64,000 bases of DNA from Chloroflexota bacterium (GTDB lineage Bacteria; Chloroflexota; Dehalococcoidia; Lucifugimonadales; GCA-2719675): contig PBID01000006.1 in NCBI GenBank assembly GCA_002719675.1, positions 22,164 through 86,163 of the forward strand, given 5' to 3'. The notes beneath the pieces were generated by a model. It searched no databases, was not told the DNA's origin, and saw nothing but the letters and a program-made list of their open reading frames with translations. Of the stretch, positions 47,253 to 57,819 are shown one piece after another. A program made the translations under genes and the position numbers. Position 1 is the stretch's first letter. Every line of letters starts with the position of its first letter.

Positions 47253-49202
47253 TTACTCCTTTGGCATATATTCATCAATTAAGGTTATCCATCGATTCCT
47301 ACTATCTTTAAGTCCTCCTAATCGATTTCTTTTAAGCCAAATTTGCTCATATTCTTTAATAAAACCAACTAATTTTTTGTATATAACGTTTTTATTTTTC
47401 TGTGGAATTAATTCAATTTCAGAAATTACTGCTTCTGGAAGTGGTTCTGTATGTGTGAAAACAAATTGAGGCCATCTTTTTGCTAATAAATTTTCGACTT
47501 TTTCAGGTTTGATTTTGGATTTTTCTATTCCTATTAGGCAAGCTATAGTTAGCATTTCAACAGTATTTTTTAATTCTCGAATAATTAATTTAGAATCGTT
47601 TTCAATTAAATCAATTTTATTTATATTATTTTCTATTTTTATTATTTCTTCTAAGGTTTTTGTAAATTCAGACTGATTTAAATTTTCCAGTTGATTTTCT
47701 TTTGCTGGGGCTCTTAAAATCAAGCTATGTAGTATTGAATTATTTCGAAGATTTGATGTCTCAGAAGTATCATTACTAGTTAATTTGTATAAGTTACCAA
47801 GATCACAGGCAATTTTACCTGCAGTCATAGATTTGTCTTTATAACCATGAATACTTAATGATGTCGGAAGATCTATATCAATGTTTTTTGAATAATTCCA
47901 GGAAACCGCAGCTCCGTACATTAATCCAGGATAACTGATTGGGAAATGTTGCCAATGTCCATTATCTCCCCAGTCGGTATTTAATAATCCCTTCGCATTA
48001 TATTTAAGGCCAACTTTAGCAGCAATTTTAATATTTTCTTTTGCATGGTCGATTCTGCCAGAGATACTATTCCAAGATTGATTTCCAGGGCATACATAAA
48101 ATGAAATATTATTTTCGAACAATTTTTTACAATATTCTTCGAAAGGGTAACCAGGGCTATATCCCCATTCTAAAGCGATTGCATTTTTAGGGATTTGAGA
48201 TAACATTTCAGGATGGTGTCTTGTGATCATATCTGACCAAAATTGAACTGTTTTGTTTTTTTGGTCTAATAAAGTATGAATTTTTTTAAAAAAATTCATA
48301 AATACTTGACCAGAGCCTATAGATTCACAATCTTTTTTTGATTTTCCCTCACCTAGTACAACTTCATCTAGTCCTATGTTTATTTGATTACTAGAAAAAT
48401 TTGGGAGTAATTCATCAAACAGTTTTGATAGAAAAGTTATAGATTTTTTATCTGCTGGATTTAATGCTGTAGGTCTAATACTTTTGGGATTTTCAGCAAT
48501 TTCCGGGTAATGAGTTAGCCATCTGTCAAAATGACCGAATGAATTTTGATTAGGCACCAGTTCAACAAAATGTTTTTTGCAAAATTTGTCGAGTTCTCGT
48601 ATTTCTGAAGCTGTAATTGGGGATGAGTTACCCCAAACTTTTTTATGTTCTTTATATGCGAAAGTATGTTCAGAATAAAGTTGAAATTGGTTAATTTTCC
48701 ATTCTGACAAAATAGAGACTAAATTTTTTAATGTTTCAAGATTAGGTACTTTATCTCTGCTGATGTCTAGCATTACTCCTCTATGAGGATAATCAGGCCA
48801 ATCTTCTATATAAGCACATGGAATTTTTGAGCCAAAAGAATAGTTTCTAACAATTTGTTGTAATGTAGTAGCAGCATTCCATGCACCTTGATTATCGTGT
48901 GCAATAATTTGTATTTGATTTTTTGTGATATTTAACTTATATCCCTGAGGTTTTTCTATAAGTAATTTGTTTAATTCTATGGATAATATAACGTTAGATT
49001 TTTTTTGATTAGAAGTCGCTTTAGCTGTGATTCCTAGATTTGACAAAGTAATTTTAATTTTATTGATAACATTCGAATCGATTTTTTTATTTTTTGCGTA
49101 ATATATTAGGTTGTTATTAATTGGTTCGAAGTAATAATTTTCAGGCAGGTATTTTTTTGGTATAGGTACTAGAATTGGCTCTTGATTAACTGATTTGGTC
49201 AT
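47253..49202 (-). CDS. Glycoside hydrolase family 20-like beta-N-acetylhexosaminidase
   Basis: GH20b-like N-domain, then IEDWPDYPHRGVMLDISRD, NQFQLYSEHTF, and the catalytic D-E pair in INIGLDEV. No signal peptide. Confidence 0.75.
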   Translation of the reverse strand: MTKSVNQEPILVPIPKKYLPENYYFEPINNNLIYYAKNKKIDSNVINKIKITLSNLGITAKATSNQKKSNVILSIELNKLLIEKPQGYKLNITKNQIQIIAHDNQGAWNAATTLQQIVRNYSFGSKIPCAYIEDWPDYPHRGVMLDISRDKVPNLETLKNLVSILSEWKINQFQLYSEHTFAYKEHKKVWGNSSPITASEIRELDKFCKKHFVELVPNQNSFGHFDRWLTHYPEIAENPKSIRPTALNPADKKSITFLSKLFDELLPNFSSNQINIGLDEVVLGEGKSKKDCESIGSGQVFMNFFKKIHTLLDQKNKTVQFWSDMITRHHPEMLSQIPKNAIALEWGYSPGYPFEEYCKKLFENNISFYVCPGNQSWNSISGRIDHAKENIKIAAKVGLKYNAKGLLNTDWGDNGHWQHFPISYPGLMYGAAVSWNYSKNIDIDLPTSLSIHGYKDKSMTAGKIACDLGNLYKLTSNDTSETSNLRNNSILHSLILRAPAKENQLENLNQSEFTKTLEEIIKIENNINKIDLIENDSKLIIRELKNTVEMLTIACLIGIEKSKIKPEKVENLLAKRWPQFVFTHTEPLPEAVISEIELIPQKNKNVIYKKLVGFIKEYEQIWLKRNRLGGLKDSRNRWITLIDEYMPKE

Positions 49203-49253
49203 ATAATTTTCCTATTGTATTTCATTGGAACATCGATTGGATTATATTAGAAA

Positions 49254-50015
49254 TTAAATTTCAAGGTTAAGAAGTTTGATTGCATTTAAACCTAAAATTT
49301 TCTTTTTATCTTCTTCAGATATATCTATTGTTAAAATTCTGGCAATTTGATGTCTATGGTCCATTAAAGGCATGTCTGACCCAAATAGTATTTTGTCTGC
49401 AAGTCCATGATTTACAGCAAAAGAAATTCCATGTAATGGTGTTGGAGATCCACAGGTTTCGATCCAGACATTTGGTAATTCTTTTGCAACTGTAATTGGA
49501 TCTATGTCAGGCATTTCTGCACCGTGAGCGATAACCCATTTAATATTTGGGTAATTTTTTGTAAATTTTGTATATCGATCTAATATATTTATATTTTTAG
49601 GATCTGCAGGATCTTTTGCATGAGACATGATAGGAATTTTTTTTTCATTTGCCCATTCATATATGTGAGTATACTGATCGTGATCACTAGGTTTTCCGAA
49701 ATAAGCTGGGTATAATTTTAAAAATTTAAAATTTAATTTATTAAAAGCTCTTTCAAGTTCTTTGATTGTTTCTTCGGGATAGTGAGGAGTTACAAAAGCA
49801 ACTCCTATAAATCTATTGGGAAATTTTGTAACGAATCTATCATAAACCAAATTATTTGCTTTATGTGCATCACCAAAATAGATAGAGTTGATACATGCTT
49901 TATCTATTCCAGTTGAATTCATCAATTTTAAAAATAATTTTGGGTTGTCAATGACTCCATATCTGCCCCAAAGTCCACCATGGGCATGGAAATCAATTAT
50001 TGGAGTATTAATCAT
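49254..50015 (-). CDS. Amidohydrolase-2 family metal-dependent hydrolase (PF04909-like)
   Basis: IDFHAHGG at the N-terminus, internal His residues, and FGSDMPL near the C-terminus. Overlaps the upstream gene by 8 nt. Confidence 0.75.
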   Translation of the reverse strand: MINTPIIDFHAHGGLWGRYGVIDNPKLFLKLMNSTGIDKACINSIYFGDAHKANNLVYDRFVTKFPNRFIGVAFVTPHYPEETIKELERAFNKLNFKFLKLYPAYFGKPSDHDQYTHIYEWANEKKIPIMSHAKDPADPKNINILDRYTKFTKNYPNIKWVIAHGAEMPDIDPITVAKELPNVWIETCGSPTPLHGISFAVNHGLADKILFGSDMPLMDHRHQIARILTIDISEEDKKKILGLNAIKLLNLEI

Positions 50016-51696
50016 TTAAATTCACCTGTGATTCTTTCCAAATACAATATTTTTGAAATTCTGTTGAAAACCAAATAGCCATACTACCAGCTCGATCATC
50101 AAAACCTGTAATAGCAGGTCTTTTGAAGTAATCAATTGTATTTGTTTGAACTCCAGTCCCTGTACAAGCATCAATTATTGATCCATTATAACCAATTCTT
50201 TTATTTGTAGCTTCCCAAGCTTTTGATAGAGCATTTTCAAAAACACTTCCTGAAATCCATTTCATCAACAAACCTCTTGATAAGGCAAAGCCCATCATAC
50301 AGGTTGACGTAGTTTCTGAATATGAACCTTGAACATTAGATACTTGATGCCACATTCCTTCAAAATCCTGGGCTTTAAGCATACCTTTCATTAGTTTTTG
50401 AAACATATTAATTAATTGAGGATAAGAGCTATGGTTTTTAGGTATAAATGTCAGAGCTTCTGCTAAACCTATAGCAGCAAATCCGTTTCCCCTACCCCAA
50501 TAGAAATGAGCATTTCTAGAGTGCCAAAAAAGTCCACTTTTTTGTTGTAAATTTGCATTGAGCAAAAATGATACTAATATTTCAATATATTCTAAATTTT
50601 TAGAAATTTTGAATGCCCTGCCGAGTATCGTTGAACTAAAAAAGAAATCTTCAACTATGAATGTTTTAGTTAAAGGGAATGGTGGTAAGTTTTCAGTCCT
50701 TTTATGAAACATATTAGCAGCTTTTAAAATTAAATCTTGGTACCTATGATCACCAGTGTATTCTGAAAGTTCATCTGCCCATAATACTCCAGCAATTTCT
50801 GGAGCTGAAATTTGAGATGTAAATTTTGTAGATAAGTATTTTTCTGTAAAAGATGGTGCTTGATTTATAATCTTATTCAAAGTAGTTTCATTTAAATTTT
50901 CAAGAGATGCAAGACGAATTTGACCACTAACTGCTACACCATTGGTATATACACATGGGTACAAATCTTTGCCGTAGTGTAAAGAAAGAGTTTTAGAAAT
51001 TTCTATAGGTGATCTTTTGAGTTTATGAACTAAAGCATTTTGATTAGATATTTTTTTAAAATCTTTTTTGGTTAATTGGGGCAAAAAGTAATTTATTTCA
51101 GGATTGATTTTTTCAACTTCACCATTAATTTCAATTGTTGGGATTTGTTTTAAAAAAAACAATGTATCTTTAGGTAATTCATTTACTAAGCTACCTGGTA
51201 CAGGGTTTTTTACCTGTAAGTATTTGAACTTAAATGAATTTAATTTCAATTCTAAATTAGATTCGAATTTAATTTGATTTAGTTGGTTATTTTTAAATTC
51301 TATTATTAAATCAGGATTTCGAATTGAAATCCATCTCCAAATATATTGAGATGAGGGATGAGTATCAGAATAAAAGAAGTTGTTATCAGGAGGGAATTTT
51401 AAGCATTCACCAGATATGTTTGCAAAGGGAATTAGGGATATTTGAATTGGTAGTGAATCTATGGCTTTTAAAGTTGCCTGTAGTATTGGAAGAATAAATT
51501 TACTTTGACTTGGTTTTTCGTCTGTCCCAAATATTATTAAAATTTTTATTTTGTCTGTTGGTGTAGACCATTTTACATTTTCAATTACAGGAATTTGTTC
51601 GTAGTTTTTAGTCAATCCTAAAAATTGTACAATGTAGTTTTGTTGCTCAGTTGTAGGAGGATTTAACTCTTTCAAAATGTTTTTTAAGCTAAACAA
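50008..51696 (-). CDS. GH88/GH105-like unsaturated uronyl hydrolase fused to an unknown ~230-aa N-terminal domain
   Basis: The C-terminal half has YWGRGNGFAAIGLAEAL, GMWHQV, YSETTSTCMMGFAL, and ACTGTGV, typical of the (alpha/alpha)6 GH88/105 fold. TTG start. No signal peptide. Confidence 0.65.
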   Translation of the reverse strand: MFSLKNILKELNPPTTEQQNYIVQFLGLTKNYEQIPVIENVKWSTPTDKIKILIIFGTDEKPSQSKFILPILQATLKAIDSLPIQISLIPFANISGECLKFPPDNNFFYSDTHPSSQYIWRWISIRNPDLIIEFKNNQLNQIKFESNLELKLNSFKFKYLQVKNPVPGSLVNELPKDTLFFLKQIPTIEINGEVEKINPEINYFLPQLTKKDFKKISNQNALVHKLKRSPIEISKTLSLHYGKDLYPCVYTNGVAVSGQIRLASLENLNETTLNKIINQAPSFTEKYLSTKFTSQISAPEIAGVLWADELSEYTGDHRYQDLILKAANMFHKRTENLPPFPLTKTFIVEDFFFSSTILGRAFKISKNLEYIEILVSFLLNANLQQKSGLFWHSRNAHFYWGRGNGFAAIGLAEALTFIPKNHSSYPQLINMFQKLMKGMLKAQDFEGMWHQVSNVQGSYSETTSTCMMGFALSRGLLMKWISGSVFENALSKAWEATNKRIGYNGSIIDACTGTGVQTNTIDYFKRPAITGFDDRAGSMAIWFSTEFQKYCIWKESQVNLND

Positions 51697-51905
51697 ATTT
51701 TATTTCCATTAAATTTAGAAAATTTTCAAAAACAATAAACTTACTATTAAAATGTCGAAATATTATAGACATAAATAGATATAAAATATACTATGTCTCA
51801 TTAACTTAACGTGCTTTGTTTAAATACATTTTTAAAGAAATTCATTTAATTGATATTATTTCTGGTTTTGTATTTAAATTAGATAATTCAAAATTATAGA
51901 AATTT

Positions 51906-54900
51906 ATGTCATTCGAAACTTATAAATATGAACTAAAACCTTTAGAAGATAAAGGTTTGTATGATTCGTTTTTTGAACATGACTCGTGTGGTGTTGGACT
52001 TGTTGCTGATATTACGGGTAAAAAATCTCATGATATTGTTTTAAAAGGTTTGGAAGTAATAGACAATTTAAAGCATAGAGGAGCAGTTGGAGCCGATAAT
52101 TTGACTGGCGACGGTGCGGGGCTTTTGATCTCCATACCCCATGATTTTTTTACTTCTAAGATGGCAGAAAAGAAAATTACGTTGCCAGATTTAGGCTGTT
52201 ATGGTGTTGGAGTAGTTTTTTTACCATCTGATAAAACTGATCAGAAAAATTGTGAACAAATTGTTTCACAAGTAGTTACTAAAACTGGTCAAGATTTTTT
52301 AGGATGGCGTGAAGTTCCTGTAGATTCAAAAGTTATAGGTACTCTGTCGAATCAAATTAGACCTACAATTAAGCAATTTTTTGTTGGTAAAAATCTAAAT
52401 AATAAAAATTCATCAGACTTTGAAAATTATTTATACTTAATTAGAAAAAAAATTGAAAACACAATAATTGATAGAAAAATTGAAAATTTTTACATTTCTA
52501 GTTTATCTAGTAAGACAGTAGTATATAAAGGTTTATTAAAATCCGATCAATTGTTAAATTTTTATCAAGATTTCTCAGATCCATTTTTTAAGTCATCTTT
52601 TGCGATGGTACACTCAAGATTTAGTACTAATACTTTGGGTTCTTGGCGTTTAGCTCATCCATATAGGTATGTAATGCATAATGGAGAAATTAATACGCTA
52701 AGAGGAAATATTAATTGGATGAACGCTAGAGAATCATCTCTTTTGTCATCGGAATTTTCAGATTACATTGATGAATTGAAGCCCATTACAATGTCAGACC
52801 AAAGTGACACAGCAATTTTTGATAATGTATTAGAACTGTTAATTAGATCTGGGCGTAGTCTTCCACATTCTTTAATGATGATGTTGCCAGAAGCATGGGG
52901 AAAACAACAAAAGATGAGTAATTCTAAAAGAGATTTTTATGAATTTCATTCATCGTTAATGGAACCTTGGGACGGACCATCTTTGATTGTAGGCACTGAT
53001 GGAGATTTTGTTTGTGCTATTTCTGATAGAAATGGCTTAAGACCATGCAGGTATTATGTGACTAAGAACAATCTTTTGGTGATGGGTTCTGAGACTGGTA
53101 TTTTGAAAATTAATGAAGAAGAAATTTTGTATAAATCCAGGATTGAGCCCGGTAAACTTTTCACATTAGATATTAACAGAGGATTGATATTATCTGACGA
53201 AGAGATTAAGGAAGATTTATTTAAAAAGCAACCATATGGGAGTTGGTTGAAAGAAAATGTATTAGAAATTAATGATTTTCGAAATGAAGAAATTTTGAAT
53301 TCTGATATTGCTTTTGATTTATCTAAAAAACAGATTGCTTTTGGTTTTTCAAAAGAAGAATTGCGAATGATAGTTGAGCCTATGGTTTTGCATGGATATG
53401 AAGCTGTAGGTTCTATGGGCAACGATTCTTCTTTAGCAGTTTTATCTGATCAGTACCCTCGTTTATTTAATTATTTTAAACAGTTGTTTGCTCAAGTAAG
53501 TAATCCTCCTCTTGATGCAATTAGAGAGGACTTAGTAACTTCAACAGAGAGGTTTCTTGGTCCTCAATTGAATTTACTTGAGGAATCTCCAGATCATTGT
53601 AAGCAAATAAAGTTAAAGGACACTATTTTAACAAATAATCAACTTGAGACGATATTGAATTTAGATAACAAAAAAGGAATCAAACCTACTAGAATTCCTA
53701 TTTTGTTTAATAAGCAATCTCAGAATTTAAAATCAGGATTAGATTTAGTTTTTAAAAATGTAGAAAAGGCTTTGAATGCCGGATTCAATATTATTGTTCT
53801 TTCAGATAAAGAAATCAGTAAAGAGGAAGTGGCAATTCCTAGTTTGTTAGCTACTTCTGCAGTACATCATCATTTAATTAGAAATGGATTGCGAACTAAA
53901 GTTAGTATTATTGTTGAATCTGGTGAACCTAGAGATATTTCTCATTTTTCATTGCTTTTTAGTTATGGAGCAAGTGGTATTAATCCTTGGTTGATATTTG
54001 AAACTATAAAGAAAATATCTCTTGAAAATAAAGATATTTCTTTCAAAAAAGGCGTAGAAAACTTTATCAAATCTGTTAATCAAGGTGTAGTTAAAGTAAT
54101 GTCTAAAATGGGTATTTCTACTTTGCAAAGTTATATAGGAGCTCAAGTATTTGAAGCTGTAGGTTTGTCTCAAAGTTTTATTGATTCTTATTTTGTTGCT
54201 ACTCCTTCTAGAATACAAGGCATTGGGATAGAAGAAATTGAGAAGGAAACTTTGTATTGGCATGATTTAGCATATGATTTATCTGAGAATATGACCGAGT
54301 TTGATATTTATGATGGTGGGAAATATCAATGGAGAGTTGACGGAGAACATCATATGTGGAATCCAGATACTATTAGTGCATTACAGAAGGCATCTCGAAA
54401 TAATGATAAAGAAGAATTTAAAAAGTTTTCTGATTTATCTGATAGTAATTCCAAAAAATTATGTACTATCAGAGGATTGTTAGAATTTAAAAAATCAGAT
54501 ACACCTATTTCTCTTGAAAATGTAGAATCTGCAGAAGATATTGTTAAAAGATTTGCTACAGGAGCAATTTCTTTGGGTTCTGTTAGCAAAGAAGCACATG
54601 AGACATTGGCTATTGCTATGAATCGCATAGGTGCTAGATCTAATACTGGAGAAGGCGGAGAAGATCCTGTAAGGTTTATTTCTAATTCAAATGGAGATTC
54701 GAAAAATAGTGCTATTAAACAAGTAGCTTCTGGTCGCTTTGGTGTTTCTATAGATTATTTGTCTAGTGCAAGTGATTTGCAAATTAAAATGGCACAAGGT
54801 TCTAAACCTGGTGAAGGAGGCCAAATCCCCGGACATAAAGTTGATGGCTATATTGCTGAAGTTCGTAATGCAACTCCTGGTGTTGAATTAATTTCCCCTC

Positions 54901-56402
54901 CCCCACACCATGATATTTATTCAATTGAAGACTTAGCTCAGTTAATTTACGATCTGAAAAATTCTAATCCTGACTCTAGAATACATGTCAAATTGGTTTC
55001 AGAAATGGGTGTCGGTATTATAGCCTCAGGAGTATCAAAAGCTAGAGCAGATGTTGTTCTAATAAGCGGTGATTCTGGTGGTACTGGAGCTTCTCCTGAA
55101 TCTTCAATCCATAATGCGGGATTACCATGGGAATTGGGTTTAGCTGAAGCTCAACAAGTTTTAGTTGCTAATGATTTAAGAGGTAGGATAGTTCTTCAAA
55201 CTGATGGCCAATTGAAAACTGCTAGAGATGTTGCTATAGCATGTTTGTTGGGTGCTGAGGAATTTGGACTAGCTACTGCCCCTTTGGTAGTTATGGGTTG
55301 TATTATGTTACGTAAATGTCATTTGAATACTTGTTCAGTAGGTATAGCAACTCAAGATCCAGAATTAAGAAAAAGATTTACTGGTACTCCGGAAGATGTA
55401 ATAAATTATTTTTATTTGATTGCTGAACAATTGAGGTCTATTATGGCTGATTTAGGTTTCAGAACTATAGATGAAATGGTTGGCAGGTCTGATAAATTGG
55501 ATATAAATCAAGCTATAGATCACTGGAAAGTTAAAGGTATTGATGTTTCAAAAATCCTTTATTCTCCGGATGTTCCTGATGGTGTTGCTAAGCATAATAT
55601 TATTCAGCAAGACCATCAGCTAGAAAAAGCTATTGATATTAATATGATTGATGCTTTAACAGAATCCATCAATTCAGGAGAAACAAAAACCTCCTTAGAT
55701 TTTCCTATTGGTAATCATAATAGAAGTGTTGGTACTATGTTAAGTAACCATCTGGTTAAAAATATTCCTGGTTTTTCATCAGATGGACATGAGGTTTTAG
55801 TGAATTTTTCAGGCTCTGCGGGGCAAAGTTTTGGAGCTTTTTTATCTAAAGGTGTTACTCTGTGTCTAACTGGAGATACTAACGATTATTTAGCTAAAGG
55901 ATTATCTGGAGGTAAAATAATCTTATTGCCTAAAACTGAATCTGTGTTTACAGCACAGGATAATATTATTACTGGTAATGTTGCTCTTTACGGTGCTACT
56001 GGAGGAGAAATTTATATTAGTGGTTTAGCAGGAGAACGTTTTGCAGTACGAAACAGTGGAGCAACAGCTGTTGTAGATGGAATTGGAGATCATGGCTGCG
56101 AATATATGACTAAGGGGCTTGTAATTATATTGGGTAAAATTGGTAAAAATTTTGCTGCTGGAATGAGTGGCGGAATTGCATATATTTTTGATGAGGATGG
56201 TAAATTTCCAGATAATTGTAACCAAGACATGGTTAATTTTTATTCTATGGATCAAAATTCTGATTCAGAAGAGCTCTTTAATTTTATAAGTAAACATTTT
56301 GAATATACTTCAAGTCCTAAAGCTAAATATATTTTAGAAAATCGCAGATTTTTGTTAGAGAAATTTGTTAAAGTTGTCCCAAAGCAGTATGGAAGTATTT
56401 AA
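51906..56402 (+). CDS. gltB: Glutamate synthase large subunit
   Basis: 1498 aa. Ntn amidotransferase Cys (HDSCGVG), central and FMN domains (SGDSGGTGASP), and a C-terminal GXGXG beta-helix domain. Confidence 0.97.
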   Translation: MSFETYKYELKPLEDKGLYDSFFEHDSCGVGLVADITGKKSHDIVLKGLEVIDNLKHRGAVGADNLTGDGAGLLISIPHDFFTSKMAEKKITLPDLGCYGVGVVFLPSDKTDQKNCEQIVSQVVTKTGQDFLGWREVPVDSKVIGTLSNQIRPTIKQFFVGKNLNNKNSSDFENYLYLIRKKIENTIIDRKIENFYISSLSSKTVVYKGLLKSDQLLNFYQDFSDPFFKSSFAMVHSRFSTNTLGSWRLAHPYRYVMHNGEINTLRGNINWMNARESSLLSSEFSDYIDELKPITMSDQSDTAIFDNVLELLIRSGRSLPHSLMMMLPEAWGKQQKMSNSKRDFYEFHSSLMEPWDGPSLIVGTDGDFVCAISDRNGLRPCRYYVTKNNLLVMGSETGILKINEEEILYKSRIEPGKLFTLDINRGLILSDEEIKEDLFKKQPYGSWLKENVLEINDFRNEEILNSDIAFDLSKKQIAFGFSKEELRMIVEPMVLHGYEAVGSMGNDSSLAVLSDQYPRLFNYFKQLFAQVSNPPLDAIREDLVTSTERFLGPQLNLLEESPDHCKQIKLKDTILTNNQLETILNLDNKKGIKPTRIPILFNKQSQNLKSGLDLVFKNVEKALNAGFNIIVLSDKEISKEEVAIPSLLATSAVHHHLIRNGLRTKVSIIVESGEPRDISHFSLLFSYGASGINPWLIFETIKKISLENKDISFKKGVENFIKSVNQGVVKVMSKMGISTLQSYIGAQVFEAVGLSQSFIDSYFVATPSRIQGIGIEEIEKETLYWHDLAYDLSENMTEFDIYDGGKYQWRVDGEHHMWNPDTISALQKASRNNDKEEFKKFSDLSDSNSKKLCTIRGLLEFKKSDTPISLENVESAEDIVKRFATGAISLGSVSKEAHETLAIAMNRIGARSNTGEGGEDPVRFISNSNGDSKNSAIKQVASGRFGVSIDYLSSASDLQIKMAQGSKPGEGGQIPGHKVDGYIAEVRNATPGVELISPPPHHDIYSIEDLAQLIYDLKNSNPDSRIHVKLVSEMGVGIIASGVSKARADVVLISGDSGGTGASPESSIHNAGLPWELGLAEAQQVLVANDLRGRIVLQTDGQLKTARDVAIACLLGAEEFGLATAPLVVMGCIMLRKCHLNTCSVGIATQDPELRKRFTGTPEDVINYFYLIAEQLRSIMADLGFRTIDEMVGRSDKLDINQAIDHWKVKGIDVSKILYSPDVPDGVAKHNIIQQDHQLEKAIDINMIDALTESINSGETKTSLDFPIGNHNRSVGTMLSNHLVKNIPGFSSDGHEVLVNFSGSAGQSFGAFLSKGVTLCLTGDTNDYLAKGLSGGKIILLPKTESVFTAQDNIITGNVALYGATGGEIYISGLAGERFAVRNSGATAVVDGIGDHGCEYMTKGLVIILGKIGKNFAAGMSGGIAYIFDEDGKFPDNCNQDMVNFYSMDQNSDSEELFNFISKHFEYTSSPKAKYILENRRFLLEKFVKVVPKQYGSI

Positions 56403-57819
56403 ATTGAAAAAATCTGGGTTTACACAATTTCAAAGAGAGTTACTTCCTAAAACTACTATAAAAGAACGATTAAAGCATTTCAATGAGTTTCAAGGAAATT
56501 GGACTGATAAACAATCTTCAGAACAAGGTTCAAGATGTATGGATTGTTCAGTTCCTTTTTGTCACAATGCATGCCCATTAGGGAATTTAATTCCTAGCTG
56601 GAATAATTTGGTTTATTCTGGGGAATGGGAAAAAGCATTAAACATTTTACACTCTACAAATAATTTTCCAGAATTCACTGGGAGGATTTGTCCAGCTCCA
56701 TGTGAAGCTTCTTGTGTTTTAAATATTAATGATGATCCAGTCGCGATTGAACATATAGAAAAGTCTATAGCTGATCGTGGTTGGGAAAATGGATGGATAA
56801 CACCAATTAAACCAACTACAAAAACTGGTAAAAATGTAGCTATTATAGGTTCTGGTCCTGCTGGTTTAGCTGCAGCCCAGTTGATTAATCGTGCTGGTCA
56901 TAATACCACTGTTTTTGAAAGGTCAACAAAACCAGGAGGTTTATTACGTTTTGGAATTCCTGATTTTAAATTGGAAAAAAATATTGTTGATCAAAGAATT
57001 TACCAGATGGAAGATGAAGGTGTGTTATTTAAAAATGGAATTAATGTAGGGTATGATATTTCAGGTTCAGAATTACTTCAAGAATTTGATGCTATTTGCT
57101 TAACAGGTGGGTCTACAGTACCTAGAGATTTGGATGTTCCTGGTAGAGATCTAGATGGAATCCATTTCGCAATGGAATTTCTGGTTCAACAAAATAAATT
57201 GAATTCTGGTGAAGAAATTTCATCAAGCCAAATAAATGCTAAGGGTAAAAAAGTAATAATATTAGGTGGTGGAGATACTGGTTCCGATTGTTTAGGAACT
57301 TCTTTAAGACAAGAAGCATCTGAAACTACCCAGTTTGAGATTATGCCGAGGCCTCCAGATCAAAGAACTACTTCTAATCCTTGGCCTGAATGGCCGTTAA
57401 TAATGAGATCTTCTTCTTCACATGAAGAAGGTGGAAGCAGAGAATATGGAATTATGACAACTCAATTTTTAGGAGTTGATGGTAAATTGGAGGCATTAGA
57501 GTGCGTTAAAGTGAAATGGATCAACAACTCTGGATCTTCTAAAATGGAGGTTGTTCCTAATTCTGAATTTATCATAAAATCAGATTTAGTTTTGCTTGCT
57601 ATGGGGTTTTTACACCCAGAAGGTAGCGGAATTCTTGATCAGTTAGGAGTAGAAACTGATCCAAGGGGTAACGTGATTACTAATCAAAATAAGATGACAA
57701 ATATTGAAGGTGTTTTTGCTGGAGGAGATATGGTTAGAGGTCAGTCGTTAGTAGTTTGGGCAATAGCGGAAGGCCGAAATGCAGCAAAAGGTGTAAATGC
57801 CTATTTAAAAACTTTATGA
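56389..57819 (+). CDS. gltD: Glutamate synthase small subunit (NAD(P)H-dependent)
   Basis: Fe-S Cys clusters (CMDCSVPFCHNACP, CPAPCEASC) and dinucleotide folds VAIIGSGPAGLAAA and ILGGGDTGSDC. ATG 56389 overlaps the gltB end by 14 nt. The track starts at 56365. Confidence 0.95.
   Translation: MEVFKLKKSGFTQFQRELLPKTTIKERLKHFNEFQGNWTDKQSSEQGSRCMDCSVPFCHNACPLGNLIPSWNNLVYSGEWEKALNILHSTNNFPEFTGRICPAPCEASCVLNINDDPVAIEHIEKSIADRGWENGWITPIKPTTKTGKNVAIIGSGPAGLAAAQLINRAGHNTTVFERSTKPGGLLRFGIPDFKLEKNIVDQRIYQMEDEGVLFKNGINVGYDISGSELLQEFDAICLTGGSTVPRDLDVPGRDLDGIHFAMEFLVQQNKLNSGEEISSSQINAKGKKVIILGGGDTGSDCLGTSLRQEASETTQFEIMPRPPDQRTTSNPWPEWPLIMRSSSSHEEGGSREYGIMTTQFLGVDGKLEALECVKVKWINNSGSSKMEVVPNSEFIIKSDLVLLAMGFLHPEGSGILDQLGVETDPRGNVITNQNKMTNIEGVFAGGDMVRGQSLVVWAIAEGRNAAKGVNAYLKTL

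Noticed and set aside
51752-51762. The exact 11-mer ATGTCGAAATA shared by the gltB upstream region and the VOC-gene upstream region (59561-59571) as a common operator
   Set aside because: In ~5 kb of AT-rich intergenic DNA, several exact 11-nt matches are expected by chance (rough estimate). There is no clear dyad symmetry shared by both sites. The nearby ATGTC/GACAT repeats upstream of gltB remain only a weak hint.
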